Shown: positions 24,700 through 63,650 of the stretch, in pieces | Numbering within the stretch: the stretch's first letter is position 1 | How the letters are laid out: each line of letters starts with the position of its first letter | Assembly (NCBI RefSeq): GCF_009914755.1 | Contig: NC_060925.1 | Source of the DNA: the human T2T-CHM13v2.0 reference genome, Homo sapiens | Strand: one strand, 5' to 3' | DNA length: 64,000 bases | Notes under the pieces: generated by a model | Databases searched by the model: none | What the model was told of the DNA's origin: nothing | Seen by the model: the letters and a program-made list of their open reading frames with translations, nothing else | Translations under genes and position numbers: made by a program

Positions 24700-25190
24700 A
24701 GACAGACTTATGACCCAATCCCAGCCTGTTCCAGAGACCACTTTTGATCACAGCTGATTGGACCAGGGTGGACATGTGACCCAAAATGAGCCAATCAGAT
24801 TCTCTCTTGGGAATTTAGAATGGAGACCATGGGGAGCTGGGCTGGATAGAAGATGGGGGAAGATAAATCTGCAGGCCAAGGGTCCTGAGGCTGGAGTCAG
24901 GCTGCAGCCTTTACCAAAGCCAAGGAAGGTTTTGGGGGAATAGAAAAGCCAAAGGTAAACAAAAAGCAGGTCTGTAGAGAGGGGCAGGAGAATGGAGCAG
25001 AGAAAGAAGCTGAGGGAGAGGAACCACCTGTCCTGGGAGAGGAGAATGAAGGAGGCTTCCAGGCCAGGGAATACTCCTTCCCATCCCTGTATGTCCATGA
25101 GCGACCTTCTATCCAGGAAACCTCATTTGTACCAACTCATGTTTTCCCAGCTGAGCCAGTTTACACGGACACAGCAGCCTCTGAGAAATG
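24700..25190 (+). mobile_element. ERVL LTR16/LTR33-like fragment
   Basis: GATTGGACCAGGGTGGACATGTGACCCAAAATGAGCCAATCAGATTCTCTCTTGGGAATT motif. Confidence 0.5.
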
Positions 25191-25646
25191 GTAGTAAGAC
25201 AAGGAACTTTCTTCTTCTTCTTTTTCATTTTAAGAGGCAGGGACTTCCTCTGTTGTCCAGGTTGGAGTGCAGTGGCATGATCATGGCTCTCACTGCAGCC
25301 TCGATCTCCCAGGTTCAAGTGATCCTTCCACCTCAGCCCTCCAAGTAGCTGGGACTACAGACACAAGCCACCATGCCCAGCAAATTTTCAATATTTTTTT
25401 GTAGAGATGGGGTCTTCCTGTGTTGCCCAGGCTGGTATGGAACTCCTGGGCTCAAGTGATCCTCCTGCCTCAGCCTCCCAAAGTGCTGGGATTAGAGGCT
25501 GAGCCACTGTGCCCAGCCAAGACAGGGGACTTTTGGTTCCTTCCCACCAACCAATCCCTACTGTGGGGTCCAAGTCCTTTCACCTCCTGGGCCCTTCTTC
25601 CTCATCTGTAAATTGGGATAATGACATCTTTCACCCAGAATTGTGA

Positions 25647-26039
<393 letters not shown>

Positions 26040-26060
26040 TGAGCCACCGCACCTGGCCAG

Positions 26061-26106
26061 CAAAAGCTGGCCTCTTACAAAAGCAAAAGCTGGCCTCTTA
26101 CAAAAG
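26061..26106 (+). repeat. Perfect 23-bp tandem duplication
   Basis: CAAAAGCTGGCCTCTTACAAAAG x2. Confidence 0.95.
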
Positions 26107-26551
26107 CTTCCTATCCAGGGCTCATTCAGCCTGCAGGAAGATCTGTTGCCTCCACTTTCTGAGGGCTCTTTAACTAAGTGAGTCATAAAACCTTGCCAGG
26201 AACAAAAAGGATGTATGGGTTTAATGTGTCCTTAGAAGCCAGTCTCATCTTTTTGGAAGAAAAAAATAAGGCTCTGTGATAAAAAGATTTGTTGCAGTAG
26301 AATACATCCCCCACACAGTAATTTGTGGCTGTTCTTTCTGTAGAAGCTGCGTACACAGATGAGTGAGCTCTGGATGGAGAAATCACTCTGCACAAATCAG
26401 GACAGGGCTTTATATTTTACAAAATGCACCCACAGGTGTTATTTCATCTCATTCTCTCTCCTGCATGGGACCTCCTACAGCCTCAGTTTTCTCCTCTGCA
26501 AAAATCAGGGTATCAAGTCTACCTCCCAGAGATATAATGAGGATTGGATAG

Positions 26552-26971
<420 letters not shown>

Positions 26972-27027
26972 TAATCACTGTCTTGAGGTGTAAGCAAATC
27001 AGTCTTGCACCTCAGTTTCTCTAATCA

Positions 27028-27471
<444 letters not shown>

Positions 27472-27668
27472 CTATTCATAACAACCCCAAATTGCAAACT
27501 ACCTAAACAAACATCTACAGTAGAACGGGGCCAGGCACAGTGGCTCATACCTATAATCCCAGCACTTTGGGAGGCCAAGGCAGAAGGACTGCTTGAGGTT
27601 AGGAGTTTGAGATCAGCCTGGGCAATACAGGGAGACCGTCTCTAGAAAAAAATGTTAAAAAAAATTAG

Positions 27669-27996
<328 letters not shown>

Positions 27997-28239
27997 TAGC
28001 CAGGATGGTCTCGATCTCCTGACCTCGTGATCCACCCGCCTCGGCCTCCCAAAGTGCTGGGATTACAGGCATGAGCCACCATGCCCGGCCACACTCATTT
28101 TTTTCATGTGGAAAATGCGAACAATAACAGCACCAATGTCACATGACTGTCACATGAGTGACAGGTAGGTGACTTGCCCAAGATCACATGGCAGTTTAGT
28201 GTCCCTCTCAGCTCAGCTCAATGCTTCTACTGCCCTGTG

Positions 28240-34053
<5,814 letters not shown>

Positions 34054-35272
34054 TGACAAGGTCTCAGGTGATGCCTGCCACACGGTGGTTGTGTGAGGGG
34101 TAGCAGTAGTGTCAGCCCTGGGATTTCAGAAGGGTATCAGGGTGTCAGATGGGAAGGACTCTTAGGAATCATCTAGTCCGACTCCCTCATGATGCTGACA
34201 GGAATTGGGCTCAGAGAGGGCAAGACACTTGCTCAAGGTAACACAGTGTGTTACAGGCTGAGACCAAGTCTTCAGACTCCCACCAGGGCTCCTTCTACTG
34301 GCTCCTGCTTGCAACAGGAATTTGAGATGAAAGAGAGAAGGCTCTCAGGCCCATTTCACACTATATGCTTCTGGCATTTTCAAGTCTCCCCCCCAGCTCT
34401 CATCTGAGTTTCCACACCAGGTGAGTAATCCTGGGAGCCGACTGGCAGGGCTGACCATACTTTGCAAGAAGCCTTTAGAACTGCATCCCCCCTATACTGG
34501 AGCCCAACCTCTCTCTTCTCTTCTCCCCCAGATGCTGCACACCTGGGTCCGCAGAGAACACTTTGAGCTGATGGAGTGAATATTTCCAGGACAGAGGAGA
34601 AGCTATCTTCTCTAGACTGGATAAACAAGGTACTAACAACAGGAATTCATTTTCTTGAAACCAAACACCAAATTTGTTAGTGTTTACAGGATACAAACTT
34701 GCTATTCATCATCTGCTTTTTCTTCTGGGAGCCACAATACAGGTGTGATTCAGAGCACAAGCTTTGGAGCTAGATACAGCTATGGAGTCAGGTAGACTGA
34801 ACTCACGTGTCAGCTCAGCCGTTTTTCTAGCTTTGTGACCTTAGGGAAGTTACTTAACCTCTCTGTTTCCTCATCTATTCAACTACAATATACTTAAAGC
34901 CTACCACATGTTGGCATGAGCAATGCAGATGTGGACTCTCCTCTTAGGAGGACTTACAATGGCCCTGGGGAAATGATCCTGCAATGAGGACCACAGATAT
35001 GATGAGGATAACAGTGGGGCATGCAGGGAGCTATGGGAAGGAAAGTAGGGGGACAGGTAGCCTGCTGCAACCCTGAGGTTTCACTGTGAAAGTGGCTTTG
35101 AAGCTGAGCGTGGGAGGACAAATAAAATTAACAAGTGAAATTGAAATTTCATACCATGTCCCGAGTTAAAAACAAGGAATTAGCAAGTGAAGAGAAGCTG
35201 GGTCCAATGATACCTATTCCACAGGATTGAACCTTGGAGAACTCTTCCCTGCAATACACTCCAAATCCTTTT

Positions 35273-35323
35273 TATGTATGTATGTATGTATGTATGTATG
35301 TATGTATGTATGTATGTATGTAT
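35273..35323 (+). repeat. (TATG)n tetranucleotide repeat in an Alu tail
   Basis: About 12 units. Confidence 0.95.
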
Positions 35324-35324
35324 T

Positions 35325-39124
<3,800 letters not shown>

Positions 39125-39516
39125 TCAGCTTCCTGGAAGACATGGCTGACCCCTGCCCCTCTGTGGGCCTTAGACGGGAAACATCTGTGCAATGAAAGAG
39201 ACCTCTCAGGTCTGGGAACTCCATACTCTGAGAATCTGTATTTCTGCTCACATTCACATTACTCTCACCAAAAAGAATAGTCATCCATCCGTGGCCTAGG
39301 AGAGAAGGGATGAGCCAGTGGTCCCGCCCTCATTATTGATCCATCAGGTAACTGACAAACTCTAAGGAAGCATCTCTGTTTTTCTGGCCCTGTACTAGGT
39401 TCTGGAAGGCGGTGAGCCAGCAGGCAGGCCTGGGACTGGGAAGCCAGCACTAGGGCTCAGGGCTTCTGTGGCTGCAGAGACATGATCTCCATCCCCCACC
39501 CACGGGCTGCACTGGG

Positions 39517-39593
39517 ACTTACTTGTTCATGAGATCAAAGCCTTGGTCTGACAGCAGGGCCCTGAAGTGCTTGTAGAGGTTGTTGTAGGGGTA
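39517..39593 (-). pseudogene. CDK11 (PITSLRE) kinase exon fragment with adjoining GTAAGT donor
   Basis: Translates YPYNNLYKHFRALLSDQGFDLMN(K), versus CDK11 (H/Y)PYNNLRKRFGALLSDQGFDLMNK; the amino-acid changes are explained by CpG decay. Confidence 0.85.
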
Positions 39594-40479
39594 GAGGCCC
39601 TAGCCCCTGCCAGTCAAGTCCAGCTGGCCTGGTCCCTCCCTCCTAGCCACCCTCTAGGTCCCAGCTTCCTGGATGTCTCAATGACAAAGGCTGCCTACTT
39701 CTCCCCACCAGTGGAGCAGGACTAAAGACTGAAAAAGGCTGGCTACCCCAATGGCCTCACTTGCTGCTGATAAAGTGTCCCCAAATGTCCTTGTGAGGAG
39801 GGCTGAGACCCCAGCCAGTGGCTGTGTGATCCAGAGGACAGCGCAGACCCACACCACGGGCTCAACTGGAAAACACTGGAAGCTGGTTGCAAGGAAGAGT
39901 GGAGGGGTTGCTGCTGCTGCTACTCAGAGAAATGATGGCCACTAGTGGCTGAGCTCTGGTTTGGAGCCAGGGGCTGTGCTGAGTGACAATCCCATTAGAT
40001 TTGTACAGTAAGCCTGTGGGGTGAGAATTGTTGTCCCCACTTCATATGGGAGGAAACCACACCTCAAAGAAGGTAAGGGCTTTCCTGAGATCACACAGCT
40101 AGTAGGTGGCCAAGGCCAGTTTGCTAATGCAACCGGGACCCTGACTGAGAGCCCTGCTCTTAATCCCGAACTTTCCCAGACCTGGGGACTTTAGTCTTAG
40201 ATTCTTCTACTGGTAGTGTGACCTTGGGCAAGACGGATTCCCCACTCTCCCCATTTGTAATAAAGCAGATTTCTCAGTGCCCTTCCAGTTCCGGCATTAT
40301 GTGATTAGCTAGGATTTATACAGAACTTTACAGTTTCTAAAAAAAGCATCTAGCGGGGATCTCACTTATTTCCAGGGACCCTGCAAAGTGAGAGAATGCC
40401 CCTCTATTTGACAGACGTGCAAACTGAGGCTTGGAGAGATGCAGTGACCTGCCCAAGGTCACAGAGCCGGTCAGCCCCA

Positions 40480-41530
40480 GCCCGGAGCCAGCCGGGGCTC
40501 CACACCGGACCCCCTTCAACTCTCTCCAGAGAGGGGAGGCCCCTCCGCGGCGCCGCGCCCGAACCTGGCCAGCAGGGGGCAGCGCCCGGCTTCCCTTGGC
40601 GCCCGGGGCCCCTCGGGGGGCGTCGCGGTCCCCGGCCCGGGGGTGCTTCCTGCCCCTCCAGTTCTCGCCTGGGCGCTGGGCACCCCCAACGCGCGCGTGG
40701 GATCCCGCAGCCTCCCTGGGCGCTGCCTCAGTCCTCCCTTTTCTCCCGGGGCTCTGGACGGCCACCCCCGGTGGCCTCCCTCCGGCCGGGCAGGTCCTCC
40801 GGGACCCTCTCCCTGGCGCGCGCCCGTCCGAGGGCACAGAGAGGCGGGACGCCCCGGGCCCCCGAGGCCCCAGGAGGGGCGCCGCTCCCGGCCTCAGTTC
40901 CCCGCGGACGGCCGCTGGGGCCAGGCTGCAGACGCGGCCCCGAGAGCTTACCCGCTGCCCGGCGGGCAGGTGCGCACACCCGGCGTACCCGCCCGATCCA
41001 CTTCCTCGCGCGGCGTCTCCCCGTCGCGGCCGCCTTGTCTCCGCCGCGACCCCCGCCGAACTCGGGGGCCGCCCGCCCCGCCGCCCCGGGGCCCTTTCCG
41101 GCTCGCGCCCTCGCGATCCCGCACCTGCCTCCGCCTCTCCCAGAGCCCTGCGGCTCCTTCTCCGCGCTCCCCTTCCCGCGCCCGCCGCTCCTCCTTGCTC
41201 CCTCCTCCAGCTCCTCCCTCGCCGGGCTCCCTCCCTACTCGGCCCCCCGCCCGCCCGGAGGAAGGCTTGGCCCCCGGCCTCCCCGCTCGGGATGGTCCGG
41301 AGCTCCGAGCCCCGGCCTGCGACTCGTAGCAGCCCCCGCCCAGCACCCGGGGTGGGTACGCGCAGCGGAAGGGAGGTGGAAAAGGCCCCGGGCCAGCGCT
41401 CTCCGGCCCCCACCTGTAGGAGGGCAGGTGGGCTGGCTCTGGGGTAGGGGTCTGCAGGGAGGTGGGCCATGCCCAGAGACACTTGGTGAAAGTCCAGCCT
41501 CCCCTATCCGTCCGGGTCCCCGGTGTTCAT
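40480..41530. promoter_or_regulatory. HTR1D: CpG island, HTR1D distal promoter
   Basis: Very high GC and CpG, multiple Sp/KLF GC boxes (CCGCCCCG, CCCCGCCC), repeat-free. Confidence 0.9.
40952..41180 (-). other. HTR1D: HTR1D non-coding exon 1 (TSS approximate)
   Basis: Minus donor GCGG|GTAAGC (GT at 40951-40950) inside the CpG island; pairs with the 18680 acceptor; no ATG in the exon. Confidence 0.75.
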
Positions 41531-41991
41531 TCCTAGTTGGATTTTTGTTTTCTTCGTCTAACAAATATTGATTGATCTACTGTGTCAGGCATGTTCTAGG
41601 CACTGGGGATACAGCAGTGAACAAAACAGAGGTAGACCTAAGGGAGCTTCCGTTCTGTTGCGGGGAGACAACACATTTAATACGCAAAATGCATAAAATA
41701 TTTATAGAGGTAAAGGGTAGGGAGGATAAGAAAGCAGAGAAAGAAGGTAGGGAGTGGAAGTGAGGGCTCAGGGGCACCTCCCTGCAAAAGTAGCATTTGA
41801 GCAAAGTTAGGAGGTGAAGGAGTGGGTCTTGGGAAAGACCCTGAGCCGGATGGTGTCCAAGCTGGATGAATGGAAGGGGGCGGGGGGGGGGGGGCGGTCA
41901 GAGAGGTAGGGGAGGGACAGCTCCCAGCATCCTTCAAAGGACAGATTCCGAGTGCCAGCCCCCAGCCCCCAGCAGGTGTTTGGGATGCTGA

Positions 41992-42490
<499 letters not shown>

Positions 42491-43502
42491 CCTTACTGGG
42501 TCTTTATCTGCTTGTTCTTCATGTGTTTTGAAGCCTGTTATTAGTTAGGGGCATTAAGATTGTTATGTTATGTTTGTTTGTTTTTTGTTTTTGTTTGTTT
42601 GTTTGTTTTTTAGAGACGGGGTCTTGCTATGTTGTTCAGGCTGGTTTCAAACTCCTGGGCTCAAGTGATCCTCCCGCCTTGGCCTCCCAAAGTGCTGAGA
42701 TTACAGGTGTAAGCCACTGTGGCCAACCCTGTTATTTCTTCTTGATGAATTGACCCTTTTATCATTACGAAATGACCCTCTGTCCCTGGTAACATTCTTT
42801 GTCTTGAAGTCTCCTTCACTGGGTGTAGGGAGAGGCCAGCAGCACCTGCCGGCATTGGTTTATTCGCAGCCCACACAGCTGTTGGACATCTGGCACACCC
42901 AAAACTCAGCAGCTCATCTAGACTTTCTATTCTGTGTCCTTCTGTGTCCTTCTGTCTCCACATAACTCTCTACAAACCTAGCCCTCCCCTCCTTTCTTCA
43001 TGCCCCACCCTCTTGGTTTACCATTTGATGATTGGCCTGGAGCCTACATCTCTCTCAATCTCTCTCTTTTTTGGAAGCCTGTGATCAATGATCATTAATA
43101 ATGCAAACATTCTTTTCGTCTTAGCACAAATCCCAGGCAAATAAATCACTGGCAAATAGGAGTTATCGGCAACCACACCTCGGCCTCCACTCTACTCAGG
43201 CCCTAGGTTCTTTTCCCAAATAGGAAATAGGAAGGTTGAGCAATGAAAAATGTAGGCATTTCCCAAAATAGGCACTGCGGCTCATGCCCCAGGTTGAAGT
43301 CAGGAAGGAGGAAAGGGTCCTGTCTACACAGCCGAAGCACTTGCAGCTGCTGTTGGGGTCCTAGCCTAAGATCCTGCAGTTGAAAAATCCAAATGGCAGA
43401 GTAAATACAGACACATCCTGGGTGTGTGTCCTCAATGAAAAGACCCTGACAGCCCCAGAAGCTGCCCTGGTCAGGGCGAACCTTGGGCAAAACTTGTATG
43501 GC

Positions 43503-44006
<504 letters not shown>

Positions 44007-45224
44007 TCAAGAAGCTCACAATCCCCAAGGGAAAACCCACACACAGTTAAGCATAGCACAGTGGGGAAGACCAGGAGAGAGGTAGCAGGGGGCCCACGGG
44101 GCTCAGAGTGGAGCACCTGGGAGGTGGGCAAGCAGTCAGGAAGCAGCTGGGAAGGGTACCCCTGTGCTGAGTCTTGAAGGATGAGTGGGAGGCATCTAAG
44201 CAAAGAAAGAGCAAGGGACGTGGAGAAATTCCCTGGCAGAAGGAATATTTGTGCAAAGGCATGGAGGCTAAAGAGAATTCAGTTAGGGCCACTGCAAGTC
44301 TTTTGGTATTACTAGAGTTGTGGAGAGTGGTTGACACGAGGCTGGAGGAGTAGGAAGGGGCCAGCACGTGAAGAGCCTTGAATGCTAGGAAAAGAAGCTG
44401 GGCTTTATCCTTAGAGTGATGGGAGCCAGGGAAGGGCTTTGAGCAAGGGAATGACATGATTAGACAGGACAGATTGCTAATCCCTGATGCCCTGAAACTT
44501 AATACTCAATTTTTCCTATCAATTGCCCAAGATCCCTCTTAAATTATAACCAATATATTTATTTGAAAGCTTGGTTTTTCTCAGTTTCTTACCCTATATA
44601 TGCATCTCAAAAATGTGTAAAGTACTCCAGCATCAGGGGAAAAGCACAAAACTCTAGGAACTTGTATGTGTGAAACAAAGTGGCTCATTAAAAGCTCAGA
44701 ATTATTTTGAAATCTCATTTTTATTTTTAAAATCTACAAAATTTTTTGTTTTACTATATCAATGTTTAATAGAAATAAAATATTTCAAGTTACTCACCAT
44801 TGAATAAACTTGACACTATTGGGGAAAAAAAACTATAAGTCCAGTGATCAGACTGGGTCTGAATCTCAATTTTGCTGTTTAATAGCTGTGCAATCCTGGA
44901 CAAGTTATCTAAATTCTGCGAGCCTCATTCTGCCCATCTGTAAAATGGTCACAATTAAGCATACCTATCTCATGGGGTTAGTTATGATGAGGGCCACGTT
45001 GAAATCATGCATCTGAAGTACACAACACAGGACCTTGCACACAGGAAGCTCTTCAGGAGTATTCCCCATGACTCTACTTATAGTTGGGATGCCACACTTT
45101 TCACAATGATTTTGTGTTTACCTCCCCCAATATTATGAGTTTCTAGAGGCCAGCTTGTGTCTTACTCACCTAGGTATCCCCAGTGCCTAGCACTGAATCT
45201 GGTACATTGTAAGCATTCAACCAA

Positions 45225-45264
45225 GGATGGATGGATGGATGGATGAATGGATGGATGGATGGAT
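45225..45264 (+). repeat. (GGAT)n microsatellite
   Basis: About 10 units with one interruption. Confidence 0.9.
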
Positions 45265-45680
45265 AAATTAATGAAAAAAGAAGACACCCCGCCACTCCTA
45301 TGCCCATAGAGTGCCCCTCTGCTTCAGAGGTGGGAGTCAGGCTTATTCTTTTTTAAAGAGGGTTAAATGAATCGTGTGTCTGGGGACAGGTGTCTGGGGC
45401 AAGCTTTGTCATTAGACAGTCTGTGGTTTGCAGTTTCTTCAGGAGAGAGCTGTCTAGACAGAAGGGAGGAACAAGGACTGCATGGGAATCAGGATCCTGG
45501 GGAGGGCTTCTCAGGGAATGGGAAGCCCGGGCTTCTCGCTCTTTTTTTCTTTCTCATCACTCAGGATCTGGCTGAGAAAATATGCTACCTGCCCCTAGCA
45601 GTGGAAATAGGTTCATAGCTTTTACCTGAGGATGACAAAGAGGGGTACAGCAAACCCCTCACTAGCTAGCAACAGGGTAA

Positions 45681-47010
<1,330 letters not shown>

Positions 47011-47051
47011 TTATTATTATCATTATTTTATTTTATTTTTTTGAGAAGGGG

Positions 47052-48451
<1,400 letters not shown>

Positions 48452-49346
48452 TGAGCCACCACACCCAGCATGTGTGGGGTTTAGCATAACGCTTAGCACA
48501 CAATCCCGCAATACATTTTGCTCTGATTACTATTAAACAATTGCATAGTGAGTTAGTAACTCAGGGCTTCCTGACTCCCAGTCCAGTGCTCTTTCCAGTT
48601 CCCCATGGTTCCTGCATCTACTGGAGTATAATCAGGGGAGGTGTGGGGGTGGTATGTGTGTGATCACATGTCCGCTGTCCTTGGGGACAAGTGCCTTGTG
48701 TCCCCCAGCCCATATCTCAGTGCCTCTCGCCATGCCTCTTCTCTGTCTTTGAAGCCTTCCCCGTTCTCCCCCCTTGACCAGAGTCCAGAGACTCAACCCT
48801 AAATGAAACACGCAATGAAATGCCTGATAACATCCTTTCACCTCCCATTGCAATTTCCTCTGGGCCAGATGGGGTGAGGCTGAGCCTGGGAAGGAGCCAA
48901 CAGGAAATTCCCGGGGAGCAGCAAGGGATGGGTGTCCAAGGGCAGTCAGTGATACCATCTCCAGCATCGAGCCTCTGAGCCAGGAAGAGACAAGTCTCGC
49001 AGGAGAGGTTTTGCTGTTTGTTTTCCTCGGGCTTGACTTCTAACGAGAGAATTTAATTAAGAGCTCGATTGCCTCGCCTGGGGAATAGGAATCCGAGGGG
49101 ATGGCAGAGCTGAGGCCGGTGGCCGAGGGGAAGGGAGGGAGGGGCCTCTTTGGACTCAGATTGAACTGTGATGGGCTTAAACTGCCCCAGAGAAGTTCGG
49201 CTCACAGGGTCTTTTGGTCTAATCCCAAAACAAGATTCTTCTCCTACAGGAACTTGTAAGTTTTAGATTCTGTGGTGCAAATTAAAAGACATTTAAACCA
49301 GTCAAGGAAACAGGCAAAGTTTGATATTCCCAATTGTTCCCACTCA

Positions 49347-54487
<5,141 letters not shown>

Positions 54488-55289
54488 CAAAAAATGCTTT
54501 TAAACTAAAGGTTTTCCAGCCTGGCTTGAGTCAGGATCACCTGTGAAGCTTGTTCAGCATCTCCGAGGATTCTGAATCTATAGGGCTGATCTCAAAACTA
54601 TTGCTGAGTTGTTTTATTTTCATGTATTATTATTTTTGTTTCAATAAATGTGATAACTGAGGCTCAAAATGGGGGAGACCTTCTCAAAACCACAAAGCAA
54701 GTCATCCCTTGAGTTAGTGGCTCCTCCCCTCCTGCCCCAGGACTTAGTCAAAAAAAAAAAAAAAAAAAAAAAAAAGCTTCCCCCTTTTTACCCCTCAGCC
54801 TCCTCCAGATTGGACCAGCTGTGAGCATCACAGAATTAAACTTCAAATATTCTAAAGCAGCTCCGAAAACATTTCCTCCCGTGTGCAGGAAGAGCATCCT
54901 TTGAGAAAGATGCTAAATTGCCTTAATTATATTTCTTTCGAAGGCAAGACGTGCCCATCTGCTTTCGTGGTAGGGGGTGTGGATGCATGCTGGGCACAAA
55001 TATACATCAACCCCAATACAAACACAATTATCAGGTCTATGCCTGCCTCATAATCTTGAAAAAGAAGGAGCACGGTGCCCATGGAGTGGGTGGCAGGTCA
55101 GCTCCAGGGCTCCTCTTGAACGTGGGTTCTCATTGGAGCATGCTGGGGCCGCGGCGGACACCGACTTTTAACAATGGGGCCTGGGGAGTGGAGAGCACAG
55201 TGCTATACTGAGGAGAGGCTGCAGGAATGGGGGCCCCAGCTAGGACAGTGCTGGCCCCATGCAACAGCAAGGCTGTAAAAGTCACAGCA

Positions 55290-55584
55290 GGCTGGGCGCG
55301 GTGGCTCACGCCTGTAATCCCAGCACTTTGGGAGGCCGAGGCGGGCGGATCACGAGGTCAGGAGACCGAGACCATCCTGGCTTACACGGTGAAAGTCCAT
55401 CTCTACTAAAAACACAAAAAATTAGCCCGGCGTGGTGGCGGGCGCCTGTAGTCCCAGCTACTCGGGAGGCTGAGACAGGAGAATGGCGTGAACCCCAGGG
55501 GGCTGAGCCTGCAGTGAGCCGAGATGGCGCCACTGCACTCCAGCCTGGGCGACAGAGCGAGACTCCGTCTCAAAAAAAAAAAAA
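55290..55584 (+). mobile_element. AluY (Ye-like) with TSD AAAAGTCACAGCA
   Basis: GAACCCCAGGGGGCTGAGCCTGCAG resembles the AluYe diagnostics; TSD at 55277-55289 and 55581-55593. Confidence 0.75.
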
Positions 55585-55851
55585 GTCACAGCAGCACTGG
55601 AACCCAATGGAACCCACTGGAACTTTCCAATGAAAGTTTTGGGTTTTCATAGAGGAAAGAGTATACGTGCTAAATCAGACAGCTCTAGATTCAGACCGTG
55701 GCCCTGGCAAGCTATGTGACTTTGGGTAAGATATGTTACCTTCTCTGGGATTTCCTCTTCCGTAAGATGGGGATAGTCATACCTACTTCATTCAGGGGCG
55801 GAGAGGTGATATGTGTACAGCTCTTGAGGCCAGGCATAATCAAATGCTTAA

Positions 55852-56244
<393 letters not shown>

Positions 56245-57262
56245 TAGGCAGGAAGAATGCAGAGAAGAGATGAGGCAATTTGTACAAAGGACAGCAACTG
56301 TATCCATGTCCCAGAAGGAAATCTATACAACCTTGAGTAAGTGCCTTCACTCTCTTGGGACTCAGTTTCCCCATTTATAACACAAGGTCTAGAGGACATT
56401 TCAGCTCTGGTGGGCCTGGTGGGCCTTTTGGTTTTGTTTTAAGAGACAGGTCTCTTTCTGTCACCCAGGCTGGAGTGCAGTGGCACGATCACGGCTCACT
56501 CGAACTCCTGGACTCAAGAGATCCTCTTGCCTTAGCCTCCTAAGTAGCTGGGATTGCAGGCGTGAGCCACTGTGCCTGGCTCACCTGGTGTTTTATGCAT
56601 AATGACAGCACCAAGTTTGTCCTGCTGGGCTGCCTCCAGAGCTCATGTTGAGGGGGTGACAGGGGGACAGCAGATCAGGGAGGAGAGACCCCCTAAACAC
56701 TTGCTTATCACTTAGGAGAGGGTGACTGGGACCATTCAGGGATGGGCTGAGGATGAGAGTGATTCTCTAGCAAAGAAAAAGACTTGGTGTGTGCTAGGCA
56801 GTGTCCAGGAACTGATGGGACCATCGATGATGATGGCAGCTTCTATTTTTTGAAACCCACTCGGTGCCAGGCTATGTAGGGCATTTTACATATTTAAGAT
56901 CTTCATCCTTGTAACACTGCTAGAAAGAAGTGACCCCTTTTAAAAGATGAGGAAACAGATTTAGAGAGGTTAAGTCCCTCAGCTAAAATGGCAGAAATGG
57001 GATTTGAACCCAGGAAGATCTGGCATCAAATTCTTGTGGTTTCCAAGGCACCACTAGTTGGGAATTGCCAGAGATGGAGGAAGAGAAGTCAGCATGTACA
57101 CATTTCTTCCCATATGTTAAGCAGGCAGACACTATGCATATTTCATCTAAACATTGTAGCAATTTTATGAGATAGGTATTGATGTTCCCATTTTTGTAGA
57201 TGGGCAGGCTGAGGTTCACTGAGGCTAAGAATTAGAATCGTGGAATAACAGCAGGGCTAGTT

Positions 57263-59455
<2,193 letters not shown>

Positions 59456-59494
59456 CTTCCCAGACTGTAACTGTGGTCACTAGATTGAACTATT

Positions 59495-63650
<4,156 letters not shown>

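Noticed and set aside
39402-39404. CAG as the 3' end of a complete captured CDK11 intron
   Set aside because: The following sequence is L2-like (AGAACCTAGTACAGGGCC), not the next CDK11 exon, so the AG may come from the L2
39835-39845. GGACAGCGC, an RE1/REST right half-site
   Set aside because: No adjacent TCAGCACC left half; too weak alone
40337-41571. Overlapping 228-391-aa ORFs on both strands
   Set aside because: Stop-poor CpG island; low-complexity Pro/Arg/Gly/Ala translations in several frames
44482-44638. 9-bp inverted repeat CCCTGATGC/GCATCAGGG around an AT-rich stretch (possible MITE)
   Set aside because: Too short, no TSD seen, compatible with chance
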